From Tubulanus polymorphus (Eukaryota > Animalia > Nemertea): DNA of 64,000 nt. A program made the translations under genes and the position numbers. Location: positions 22,478,150 through 22,542,149 of the forward strand of contig NC_134026.1 in assembly GCF_964204645.1 (NCBI RefSeq). The letters are read 5' to 3'. Positions 24,492-37,713 of the stretch are shown piece by piece; the stretch's first letter is position 1; the number at the start of each line of letters is the position of its first letter. The notes beneath the pieces are model-generated. The model was not told the DNA's origin and did not search any database. It saw only the letters and a program-made list of their open reading frames with translations.

Positions 24492-26948
24492 GTTGTTCAT
24501 GACAAGTGCTATAAATGTATACTGTTTTGATAGGATAGGGTTTAAAGTTGCACTCGCATAGATGTTCAAATTTCAAGGAAATTTATTGTGAGTCAAATTG
24601 TTAAACAATCATTATCTTGAACCTAAAATGCAAAATTAACTAAAGTATTGTAAATTCTGTGCAATATAGTAGTTGTCTGCCGATTCAACTTTTTCTATAG
24701 TGATATTTATATATAATTTATTATTAAAATGTATTAATATAAATCCAGCAGGTCTGGTATTTTCTTTATACCCGGTAACTGTAAATTGTGATTTCTACAC
24801 TTTTACAAATGAATTAGTGAATATACATTAAAGGTTGTTTTTATCACGTGTTTTGTTGTATCAACGTGAAATAGGTGGTGTAATCTATCAAATCTATTCG
24901 TCATATAGGCCCACTACTATCTTACGGATAAGGTTCCGGATGATAGCTGTCCGTTCATAGGTTACAGAAACTAGAACTAATGACACATTATCCCAAATTA
25001 GATAAAAAAAGGTGCAGAACTGAGACATGACTCCTCGCAAATGGTGTGATAAACTAACGGAATGGATTACCTTATGAAACGGTAGAGGCACCAAAGCTGC
25101 TTCAAAACCTGAGTTACTCTAGTGGTCTAATCAAGACTAATGGAACTACATAGCCTGAAATTTGACTCCAGAAATGCACACTTTTGATAATCATCAAGAA
25201 CAATGAAGATGAAAGAAGCCTACCGTACGGAACTACTACTGCTACTAAAATCTTCTGTTCCCTGCTGCCTTGAGCTGTTGGGCATCATTCAGAAATCTAA
25301 TTAAGCAAATGAGAAGACTGGCACCTGAAGCAAGATAGACTCGAGAAAAGTACTACATGCTAGGATGACTTAAAATTTTTATTCCGCAAAAATACGTGTA
25401 CATATGTATCATTTTTGAAATGCAATTTTCAATTCTAACTATATTCAAAATATATATTACTTTATGCGACACTAAAAATGTAGCGTTTTAACTCACTTGA
25501 ATGCTACAATTCAAAGTTGCTCGAATTGAAGCAATGCAAGAGGATTAAACTGAAACATTTTTTTGAGAATAAAACATTACCAGTAGCTAAGAACATCCCA
25601 ATATTCTATATACACTAATACATTTACGAACACATGATACTTTTTGCCCATACCGAATATTCACCGAGTCACATTTACACAATGATTAATAATGTAAAAT
25701 ATTTTCTAGTTAATTTTCCTCTCTTTAGAATGAGAGATTTTCTTAAGTTAAACATAAAATGAGGACAGATGCCTCTACATTTATACATAAACAATAGCAT
25801 CCATTTTCATAAGATAAAACAAGTCATGAATACAAAACAAGCCTATATTGGTGGTTTTATGAAAGCATTTTTCCAAACGGAAGCATGGGACATATTAGCA
25901 GACACGGTACAATCAAAATTAGAGGTTTCATTGGAGTAATTTACATCCAGATTTAACTAGTGCTAGACCAAGCTATGCAGCTGGGTTGCTTGGACAGAGT
26001 TTCCAACTGAACAGCATACAATGCCATGGTTACCCAAATGAACAATAAGGCGCATAACCAAAAATAAAACAGTCAAAAAATTTCATTTTTCCATAATTTC
26101 CATTCCTAAATATCAAATACTACTGAAATGGAAGCACGAGTCTTCATACAAAAATAAATACCTGAAATACTGCACATTCAAGACAAAAAGATAAAGATGT
26201 ATTTGGATAAACTAAAGAATAATTCAATTATGAATTGTACTTTCATAAGTACCAGTAACTCATTCAATAAATAAACCAGTGGCTGACATGAAACGGGCAG
26301 CTAGATTACAATATGTAATTCTTTCGATGAGCAGCTTAAACTTAACTCATCTGAGTTCAAATATGTTTGTTTTAAAAATCATTCAGTTAGTGTTGTAACC
26401 TACAACTATGACATTTTTTTTCACTCTCAAGAATGTAAAATCTAGTCGGCACACAAAGTAGTTTGAACAATACTTTGGAAGGAAATAATTTGATTAATAA
26501 CTTGCCCACAACAATTGATATCACTTTTTACAGTTCTTTTACGACATTTGATTAATGAATACAAGCTGGATAAAACTAGGATAATATGGTATACTAGAAT
26601 CATATTTTCAACGCTCTTGCTGGTTTCCGTTTCCCAATCTCCTATGTCATTTTTCACACTGCTATGTTCGTGAGCCAGATTTCTTTACCATACATTACAT
26701 TATCTCTAATCAACAATTTTTCCATCTCAAGGGAGAAACACATTCTACATTTTCATACTAAAAAGTGCCTTTCAATGCAAATGGATTAAAGAGTGGTGAA
26801 GTAAACCCCTGATAAGTCTAAAATTAACCTTTATGTTATCAAAAATTACTTTCTACAATGGCTACTCTTCCATCCAATTCATAAGAGACAAACTAGACAT
26901 ACACTTCATTCAAACATCTTCAGCTAATTATCTAAGGTTGGAATTTCA

Positions 26949-29900
26949 TTATTTTTCCTTCCTAGTGTCTTTCTTTTCTTCTTTGCTGGATGAATCTTTT
27001 TTGTCATCCTTCTTCTCATCAGCTGGTTCCTTTTCATCATGATCTTGATAACTGCAAAAGTGGCACAATAACACATTAATTACATCATCATTACACATAT
27101 CTTGCTATGTATCTTTGCTAAAGCCATGCATTTTCTTTTGCTCTTATACAGCTAACAGTTACCTAAACATGAGTTTAAGATCTCCTTTCACAGCAGCGAC
27201 TAAAATGGGCAGGCCAGTACAGGCAGGTACCAAGTACAATAACGCAGGCTGAAATTCAAGGAATATTGAATAAGACTTTCCCTTTTTATCCAAAACATTT
27301 CTCGGAAAACTGCCAATTTCACTTACCTGAGCATGTTTGAAAACATGCATCACGAGGATCGTAAATAGCAGACCCAGAATATAAGCGATGTATCCTGCGT
27401 AGAAATACGTACGACTGTTTCTCTTCAAACTGAAATTTCAATTTGATTATCATAAATAATGCTCACGATCGACCGTACGTCAAAAACCCCACAAAACTAA
27501 ATTCTGTCAACAGATTGATGGACGACAGACGAAAATTGAATGAACATAACAGACCTAATCATGTGTATTGTTCACATGTATCATAATGTCCATCAAATGA
27601 CATGATTTATCAATTCAAAAAATTATGACTAGCTGTGACGTCATGTGAGTAAGGTCTGTAGCCAGCTAGGGCCTCGGCCCAAGTGGGCTATAAAAAGCAA
27701 TCAAACCTACCTAACATCAAACCTAAGAAGTAACGCGATAAATATACCAGGAATAACAATATCTCCTAAGCCCAACATAGCGAAGTTGCTAGCGCCGAGT
27801 CCCTTTTCGAGAATATCTTGCGGGAATACCACTGTAATACAACACAAAATTATATAGCACTTCTAGTGTGAGAGCGCTGTAAGAGAAAGATTTTTTGCAT
27901 TCCAGGCAACTTACATTTGATTGGGGCCTCGAAGGACTTAGCAACAGTAACCATGACATTAGTTCCAAATACCTGCAAAAAAATATACATGCTTAATATA
28001 CATATGTTTAAGTAATCATTTCAGGAATGATTCCACTAATCAAATGACAATGTACATTAAAATATCAGTCACTTGTAATGGATAAAGCAGATCAGACAGA
28101 ATTAAATAATAAGCATAACTATGTTAAGGAGAAAGGGACAAAATATCTGCCGTTAAAAATATGATTCAAATGGCAGAAATTGATATGGGTTTGAAAACTT
28201 ACCCAAAATATATCATAAACAAACAGCCCTCCTAACAAAATGCAACCAGTGCTGACAGTATTGAGTTGTAGGAACTCTACGCCATTGATCGAGAATGCCA
28301 AACCGAACAAATTATTAGCAATCCAATGCTGAAATCAAAATTATACTCAGTGAAAGTGAAGAATGTTCATTTTATTAAATGAAAGAGGACAGTACCTTTT
28401 TAAACAAATACCAAACGCCAACGATTGAGCATAATGCTATACACACTATGTCTTGTCGGTCGAATTCGTAGTTCATGAGTTCTGAAATGAGATTGGTTTG
28501 TTTAGATTAAGAAACATCCGGTGGCTTATTTACAGAACCCAATTCCACAGTTGTGAGTTGTTACTGATAAGACTCAAGAGTCGAGTCAAAACTAGACTAT
28601 CACCATTCATCAAGTAAAAATTTCAATAGAACCAAATATCCCAACCCACAACTGTAGAATATTGGAACATGACGCACATGCACGTTAGGTTTTTTTTTCG
28701 ATTTCAATAAATGATCAATATACCTTCTTTGTCTTTTCCTTTCCCTTGAGTGAATAACAGATGATAAGGAGCATTTGGGAATGATGCCGGCATAAGTGCA
28801 TGCACAATAGGGCTACAAAATATAAACATCAGATTATACTTCATAAACTATGAGGACGAGCTCTGGGCTTAGTTAAAGTAGCGGTGAAGGATTTCAAGCA
28901 AAGGACCAGGAGGGGGCAGGTCCAGAGCTGCTTAAAACCGGTAGAAAATTGAAATAGTGATAATTAAGATTGCATTGTAACCATGGTATTTATGTGGTTG
29001 TTAACTTCAAGCAACTGACCTTAGGCTAAGCAATGTTCATTCTTCAGATTTTGGACCTGTCAAGCTCAGGGGGGCCTTGAAAGTTACGGTAACTTACCTC
29101 AGAATATGCGCCAGAGCCAGCACTCCAAGGAAAAAGAAGTAACCAGTGAGGAGATAATTGATGTATTCCTTACCAAATATCTAGCAATGGAAAAAAAACG
29201 CTATAAGAAGTATCAAACTGATATAGACCTAATACAGCCTAATGAAGGATTCCATTCAGGTTAAGATTTCTCTTTGGAAAAATATGAAAATGATAATACC
29301 TGGAAGATTAAGTACAATCCGAATAGGAATGCGCTAGCAATGATCGGAAACATTGCCGCATCTTTAGTGGTCATGGTTTCTGTGTCGGCAGTTGTACCAT
29401 TTTCCTATGTTAGAACAGAAAATAAATCAATGAGTGGCAATGCAAGTGTTGTGAAGAAAGCATTGAAGTCACTAAGATAATAGCTGTTCCCAAAATGGGA
29501 ACTTCGGGTCAGATATCAGTGTGAATTCTATTGAGGAGGAGAGTGGTGGTGTAAAGCATCTGCTTTTCATTAAAGTTGCAAATCACATGCACGGCCATGC
29601 ATCAAACATATGAAACATATGGCATACTCAAAACTGTATTGCCAAGCAAGTCACAATGCATTTGATTTGGCAAAAACATGATATCAATTTTGATTACAAC
29701 ACGATAACAATTATATCTGGATTCATTCAATCTTATCAATCATTAATAACAATTATAAAATGATGAAAATTCACTGTTGCAAGGCTAGATATAGTAAAAA
29801 TCTGAACAATTTAAACACAGACTAACCTTCTGTTCCTTATGGTGTCTTACAGAGCGGAATGCCCCGAAAAATATCGGCAGTAGAGCCATAACGATCAGAC

Positions 29901-30027
29901 TGCCGTATGCTACGATCATTCCTTCGGGTGTGGCTGGAATTTTGGCAGTGCCATTGCCCGCAGCGGTGGCATTTTCCGTATCATTCATCAGTGGAGCGAT
30001 AGGCACTGTCTCGTTCACCTCAGCCAT
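26949..30027 (-). CDS. HM13: Signal peptide peptidase (minor histocompatibility antigen H13), ~11 exons
   Basis: N-terminal ATPEGMIVAYGSLIVMALLPIFFGAFRSV; catalytic motifs GGLFVYDIFWVF and FAMLGLGDIVIPG; QPALLYLVP motif; basic C-terminus ending RKEK (ER-retrieval-like). Confidence 0.97.
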
Positions 30028-30330
30028 GTTGTTTAATGATGTGCCGGTTCCGTCAGTGACGTGTGTGACGTGTCTTTCCTAATCGAAATATCTCTTGGCC
30101 TATCATCAGGTTTTGTATTTATCATATGCAGCGGAGTAAAAAGATAGATATTTCTCACTGCTTCATGTTTGCTGAAAATAGAATAAATCAACGTCATTCA
30201 CACTCCATTCACATCTGAAATGCGATTAACGGAGCGCTCCCCTTTTCGGCAGCTTTATCCTAAAATATTGGAGTAGTCCTTTGACAAATCAAAAACTAGG
30301 AAGTAATACATATCTGCTAGTACCTGAGTA
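30028..30330. promoter_or_regulatory. Probable bidirectional promoter between HM13 and the TIR-HEAT gene
   Basis: Head-to-head starts ~750 bp apart; tandem TGACGT (CRE/ATF/XBP1-like) cores at ~30057-30072. Confidence 0.45.
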
Positions 30331-30771
30331 GGCTACTGCAGTAGTATCTGTCAAAAAATTTAGAAATTCCTAAAAAATCGACTTAATTTTCGCTAGGTAA
30401 TGATTTTACGATACTGTTTATTGATAGATCTATATAATCATTTTCATTTTAACTGAGTCGGTTTATCAGATATTTATTTGGAATTGTCGATTCAAAATTC
30501 CAAAAAGTGACTATCGTCAATCTCCATCCATCTAAATCAATCTCTACTCTGTCTCTCAGTAGTGTCAGTGAGAAGACATGTCATTGTCATAGGCCTACAC
30601 TACAGACATTTTGGGAAAAAGTTTATGGTGGCTAAATGGGTGGACAGCTTACTATAGCAATAACAAAAATGTGGCCTTTTCTGTTTTACTAGTCTAAAGA
30701 CTACTTGACCTGACTTATTTTAAGTCCTTTTTAATCTGTTCTTGGTTTCTTCTATTTTGCAGAAAATAAAA

Positions 30772-33700
30772 ATGGGTGGCCACCACTCCAGTTCAGCGGA
30801 TATATCAGACAGTCCGAAATCTGAGAAAAAACATAAGCACAGTACTAATGATTCCCCTGATAATGATGACTCGTCAACTGTTAAACAAGTGATGATCAGT
30901 TATAGCAGAAAAGATACTGAAGCGCTCAATATTCTCAGAAGTAATATTCAAATTTCATCATCACGTTGAAGATTATTGTCATTACTTTCGTATATAAAAC
31001 TAAATAAGGCTTTTAAATCTTCTGATTTTTGGTTAAGTGATATTTTAGTATATCAAAAAAACTTTTTTCTTACGGATTATAATCTTTCTTTCTAGATGCT
31101 CTTCAAAAATCTGGAATATCAACTTGGAGTGATGTAAATCAACTGAAAGCTGGCGATGACTTTTTATCTCGCATTGGTCAAGCTGTTATAGACTGTGAAG
31201 TACGCATACTCCCAGCTATTGATTATATCAGACCCCAAAAATTGCATTTTTCTCTTCCTATCGAATCTTAAGTACATAATGTAATATGAATAAAAGATTA
31301 ATGCTATAATGATAAAAAGACCTACACTCCAAATTAATTCAGTTATGATTTTGTATTACTCTCATCAGAAATTAACTAGGCCTACCAGTAAACTATTCCT
31401 GAAGAATTATGTCATTTCATTCCAGGTTTTCGTTTTCCTTGCGAGTCCATCGTCAATACAGTCGAAATTCTGTCAAGATGAACTCGCTTTGGCTTACATA
31501 TCAAAGAAAGCAATATTTCCGGTGGCGCTGTACCCAGCTGAAGAACTGTTTGATGTAATGGATACAGGAATGTAGGTTTAATAACTAGTATTTGAACTGA
31601 GTATGAGTTTAACCGGTAATGGGGTGGGTCTCAAATATCAGAAACCTTTTTACAGAACGGACCGTTTACTTTTGCGAGTTTTTGATTCTCGATCTCTGAT
31701 GCGTTTATTTTGTTATTCGCAGGCGATTGCAGCTTGCACGATTCGAGTGGAATTTCTTCCTCGACCCGTCGGAATACAAAGAGAAATTTGATCAGCTTTT
31801 GTTGTTGATTCAACAGGCTCTTGGAGACACTAAACAGGATGCAAATAATGGTATGGTAATATCTTATTCCAGATTCTGTGAAAAACACTTTTTCTTCATC
31901 ACATTGTGCTAACTTGGTCTTGAATATGAAATTCTGCATTAGTGGTCTTCTTGTTTGATATTTTACTGTTCCAATTATATACATTTATTGTTGTATGTGT
32001 GTGTAACACTTCTGCGTTGAATTCTTCATTTAAATGCAAAAACAAATCAGTTGATTTCGTAACTGATTCCATGGAAGAACTGGGACAAAGTGAGTATGTT
32101 TAGGTTCCCTGGTAGATCTGCTTTTGAGAAATTTTGGTTCGGATTGTTGTTGATTTAATTCTGGTGTATATTGATTTCAATTAGGACTATTAAGTTTCCC
32201 TTATGCATGGTCTTGTTATGCCAGATTGCATGACATGGGCTTGAATTTTCGAATATGATTGGTTTTAATTTAATTCCTCGGATCAGTTTAAGGACGAAAT
32301 TGAGGAAAATCTGAGCGATGATTGTGCTACGAGACCTAGCGTCTAAGCCTAAGTCATTTATTTGAATCAGAAATATGGTAGACTCCGCCCAATTCGGATC
32401 CGATCAACTTGGATGTTTGTTGAAATATTTATTGTGACACTATATATGAAATACATAACATCCAACTCGGATTTCACACAAAGCGGACACATTTTTACAG
32501 TCCTAAAACATCCGACTTGAGCGAAGTCTACTGTACTGTATTTCATCCGAGAATATGAATGCATGGAATTAATCTTCGGTGTTTATTGATAGTGATAGGA
32601 CCTGTGGACATTGCCGAAAAACGCAAGAGTGAGTAAACGATTAGATCAGTAGGACTTCATGTTATCAAACGCACCCACTAAATCTGGATCAGGGATATTG
32701 ATTTAATCCAGAAATCATTGATATCCCTTTTGTGTCTTACTGTATGTTGGTATGATACAATCTTTCGGTCTTTACCATATACGAAAGTATAACTGTGCAC
32801 CTTCCTCCCAAAAACTAACCATATTAATGTTCGTAGCGGGATTAAGTCCATTTTAGGTGAAGCCTACTGCATTTAGAAAATAAACTAATATGAAACTAAC
32901 CCTTTGCACCCCATACAATGAGTCCATGGTTTTTTGTTTCAATATTCTCTTAAAACCTATGTATTTATTTTGACCCGTTTTATATATGCAAATGCATCAT
33001 GGCAATGTAAGGGCTTTGCTTGCTTTGCATTTTACATTTGTGGCAGCGGTTTGAATTGATTCATAAAACTTATGGCATACTGGTACAACAATTGCTATAA
33101 TCTTTTATTTCTAGAATTGTTATTTTTCTCGGTTATGGTACATATACTGGATTCTGATCATTCTTTTTGAATTTAATAATGACTCGGGTGAAGTTATTAT
33201 ATGCTGAATCCTTGAACCATTAACATTCCAGTGTTGCAGCGTCAAGGGTCACGACCAGCACTCCGAGCAGATCCAATTCGAATGTCCTCATTACCTGGTG
33301 GTGACGTAAGTGCTGAAAACTCATTCCTGGCGACATTCTGGCAAAGAAATTTTGATGATGCTGAGCAAGTGCCTTGGTTTGAGTAAGTGATTGGCTTTCA
33401 GTTAACTCGGTTAGCTAATATACTTATTGCCCTGATTCTGTAATAAATCTTTGAATACTTTTGTAGATTTGTGAAGATTTTTTCGAATGAATACAAAGAT
33501 CAGATAGAGCACATCTTCCGGGCTGAAAAAGATAAAGTCTGGTTGGTTTCAATTCTGCACAGAGAGTTGAACGTGACCAGCAATACACTGAAAAAAAATA
33601 ATTTCGACAGTGAGTTAGATATATTTCGAATGTAACATTCCACTGTATTGAGCCCTTGCCCTTGACGACCTTAGTGATTATATATTCCTATGCACCTGAA

Positions 33701-34646
33701 TAACTAGGCTTTTGCGCCATTGTAGTCTCAGAAAGCATCCTGTGTAATTATTTGTGCAGGATTTTGCTCGACGGAAACTGGTGAATTTCGTCCATTTTGG
33801 TTGAAGGTTCAAGATCAAGCTGTCGAAAGTTACACTATCAGAGAGGTGTTCAATATGGAGTCCAGTGTGCGAGTGGATGCAATTGAGAACTTGGGTAAGT
33901 ATGTCCACACTAACAAACCTTTATCTGTTGAAAGTTTTTGAAACAATATAGATTATTGAATTTATAGTACTGACAGTGGCTGGATTGAATTATATTCATT
34001 TTCTTTATTCAGGCAAATATAAGAGTCCTGCTGTTATTGAAGCTCTAATCGATCTGCTCTCCGATGAGGATAACAACGTGCGGGCTGTAGCCGCTATATC
34101 TCTAGCTCGTACCGGCTGCCGTACATTACGAGTCCTCGAAGAACTGATGAAAACGCTCGACAGCAAAGATCGTCTGGTTCGCGAGAGTGGATGTTTGTCT
34201 CTGGGTCATTTACAGGTCGAGGATGCTGTGCCAAAACTCGTTCAACTCTGGTTAGTGATAAGCGATAGATCTATTCACATAATATAGGGAGAAACTAGCT
34301 TGAAATAGGCTCTAGGCATACTTCTTTACAAAATAACCCTATTCTGTAAGGAATTAGATGTTTACTAAATGTTAAAGTAGCAGTTTGGACAATACCTATA
34401 TACCGTAGTTAGATTATTTGAAATGAGTTTTAATACAATCATTTTTCAGATTTTGATTATTTCGATGGGCTTTTTAAATTTCATGAATTATACATTTTAT
34501 TTGATTTCAGGAGAAACGATTTCATTTCAAGTGTCCGTGAGGCGGCGTCAATTGCACTTGAACAAATTGGAGGTGAACAAGCGAATGAAGCCATTAGAAT
34601 GACTAAACTGCTCAGCGAAGAAATCCACATGCTAACAAAATCTTAG
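30772..34646 (+). CDS. TIR-domain protein (TIR_2-type) with a central Cbl-EF-hand-like segment and C-terminal HEAT repeats; MGxxxS start
   Basis: Spliced translation gives VMISYSRKD...LQKSGISTWSDVNQLKAGDDFLSRIGQAVIDCEVFVFLASPSSIQSKFCQDELALAYISKKAIFPV (TIR), then FWQRNFDDAEQVPWFEF, then LIDLLSDEDNNVRAVAAISLA / LDSKDRLVRESGCLSLG / SSVREAASIALEQIG (HEAT). Confidence 0.88.
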
Positions 34647-35053
34647 TTACCAGTAGATCTCACCGAAAATTATATGTAGACCCCGACTGTTCTTCTATAC
34701 GGATCATGGGATTCATGAACAGAGTTTCTGTGATATTTATTCTTTGCATTATACATGTAGTTTATAGGAAATGATGAAATTGTGCTTTAAATCCATTAAA
34801 CTAATACGAAATATGTGGATTTTAGGCTGAATGAATTATTATCCAATGATATATTTGAAGTTTGTTGCAACGGTCTGGGATTATGGGTGAAAAAAGGCTT
34901 TTACCATGGTAGATTTAGAAAATCATTCTGACCAAATTTGGGATGTGGTAATGAATTTACTTATAACCAGATTTACTTTCGACCAGTTATGCCCGACCAG
35001 TGGTGTTGGAACCGCAGCGACGAAAGCGGCGGCAATGATTTACTGAATGAACA

Positions 35054-35844
35054 TTTTTAGCCCACTTGGGACTTTAGCCCCAGCGGGCTATTGCGTTCAC
35101 TTTTCGGCCATCCGTTTGTTCGTCCGTCCGTCATTCAGTCTACAGAACCCATTCGTAGGTGGGAAAAAGTTTTTCCACATTATATTGATACCTAAGCATA
35201 TTTTGTGACGACAATGAATTAGAAAGTTGAAGCTTATAACGTGTTCTATGATTGTGGTGAGTTTCAAGTTCATTGGTTTTTGTATATGGCCACCATGGGG
35301 CGTTGAATAATACAATATCTTAGTATTTTTATATAATATTTGTAACAATACATATTTTGTTACCACAATCAATTGCAAAGTTGTAGCTCATAACATTGTC
35401 TATGATTGTGGTGAGTTTTAAGCAAATTAGTTATTCTATATCGTCACCAGGGGGCTTGAATAGTAGAATAACCTAGTATTTCCTTATTATTTTGGTACCT
35501 AGGCATATTTTGTAACCATGATCAATTGCAAAATTGTAGTTCATGACATTTTCTATGATTGTGGGTGAGTTACAAGGTTATTGGGTTTTTTTAATATGGT
35601 CACCAGGGGGCGTTGAATAGTAGAATAACTTAGTATTTCCATATTAAATTGGTAACGAGGCATATTTTGTTATCACAATCAATTACAAAATCGTAGCTGC
35701 TGACATGTTCTATGATTGTGGAGTTTCAAGGTCATTGGTTTTTGTATATGGTCACCAGGGGGCGTTGAATATTGAAATTGTTAGATCGTTGAGCATTTGA
35801 AACCACTTCCCAAGTGGGCATGGTGTCCCTGGACCCCTAGTTTT
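35054..35844 (+). mobile_element. Non-autonomous Helentron/HINE (DINE-1-like) with ~4 internal ~155-bp tandem repeats
   Basis: 5' TTTTTAGCCCACTTGGG and subterminal IR CCCAAGTGGGC (35809); (GTCC)n microsatellite near the 5' end; 3' hairpin GTCC-CT-GGAC then CTAGTTTT; repeat marker CTATGATTGTGG at 35246, 35400, 35553 and 35710. Confidence 0.85.
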
Positions 35845-37713
35845 CTTTGAATACTATGTTTTTGACAAATTGAAGTAAATTCGTCGCAACAATAAAACAG
35901 AACGTGTAAAAAATCAGCCATTGGCCACGGCAATCAAAAATTGCTTCCAACGCGCTTTCCAACGATCAACCATTTGCAGTTCACCAGTAAAATACAGTCA
36001 AATCCCACCTTATTTTGTTCACTTTAATCTTTTTTTACATGTTAGAGGCTATTATATCTCCTATTCCTATGTTCATCATGCTAACAACTATGTAATGGAG
36101 ATAATTTTCATGGATGACCTTTTCATCAACTTAGCTATATGAAAGATTTATAACGTCCGTCTTCGAAATAAACTGTTTAGTGTTTATTGACCCTGCTGTT
36201 TGTACCAAGTAAAATTTACATGCGTTAACATATTTTAGATGCAAAACATTTTAGGTACTAAATTTGTCAATTATCTAAAAATCTATTTACCGGTACTTAT
36301 ATATTTATTCACTACAGTAGAGTCCATTCAAGTACAGATCTGACATTAAACCGTTAAACAGAGATTTGTCGAAATATCTCTGATCCTGGAGTGTACGTTC
36401 TAACGATGTACTATGCAACTTTGGTATTGTCCTGAGTCAGAAGTTTTCAGTTCAGAAAAAGTAATTGCTTGAGTAGAGTCTTCTCTAGTTTGTTATGTTG
36501 AAAAATATAGTTTTTTATTTTATTTAAACTTGTAGTATGTTAGTGTGTCCAAAAAAAATGATAGTCAGTTATGGTTACTTGTCTATTTTGAACTACATGT
36601 AACTACATATATTAATCAATTAGTTAAAACCCTGCGACTGTACAGAGTACATGTGTAGCCACTTTCCAGAAAAAAATGACCTAATATTTAGAATAAAAAT
36701 GGTGTCATATTCAATCTCGTCAAAATTAGGAAAACCTTCAAGAGACATTGATGACTATTCATGATTCATGATAATTTCATAATTGACTACACGTACTTGG
36801 TTTCAAGATATGGTTTTCATTGGCATACAACACACTGTGCAGTCATGCATGCCGATATTGACCCATTTTCTGAGAAAATAAACATCCTATTTTATCTAAA
36901 CCACTCAAAATTGTAACTACATGTAATTTATTATTTTATCATTTGAAAACAGGTTAGTAACCAACTGAATTTTCTGAGACCCACTGTACTACCAGTTGTG
37001 TTGAGTTATAGCATGCATAATATATAGCAATGTTGGTTACATCTAGGATGCTGTATAAACTGGTTTGGTTGTGTATCGATTCTTTTGTCAATCCTATCTG
37101 CTTCAAGGGGAATATATGAGAATAAGTTGTATTTTAGTTTCATTCCAGTCTTGTATAGTATAGATAGCAATATACTTAGCTTTGTACATGTCTCTACTTT
37201 GTTTATCATACACATGTATATTCGTATGAAAACCCAACCTATTTTCTTTGTGTTTACTGCTTTTTGAGGACCAAATAGTTGAACACTATTGTCTCTGTTT
37301 TCAGATAACAGCAACTGTTTTCAGATAACGGCAACCTTGATGATTCTTTAAAAAAACAGTCTTAGGCTTACTAATAATTATTCACGAAATGAATTTATTC
37401 AAATGGATTCACAAAATAAATCAATTTCATATCTATACAATTCTAAATCCACAAATTAATCTGATTTTAAGAGTATGATAAATTTGTCTAAAACACTATT
37501 CAAAATGTCAACCAACCGACATTGAAATGCAATTCATCATACATGTAAACTAAACAAATCTCAATCCGGATGTGACCAATCAAATTAATCTGTTTAATAA
37601 AAACATGAGATTCAAAATCCGATGCCAAAACATTCGAATTTGGATTGAAATTGATCCGGATTAAGTAGATTTGACAGTTGTCCCCATAACATATTCGGCT
37701 GGGATTCGTTTAA

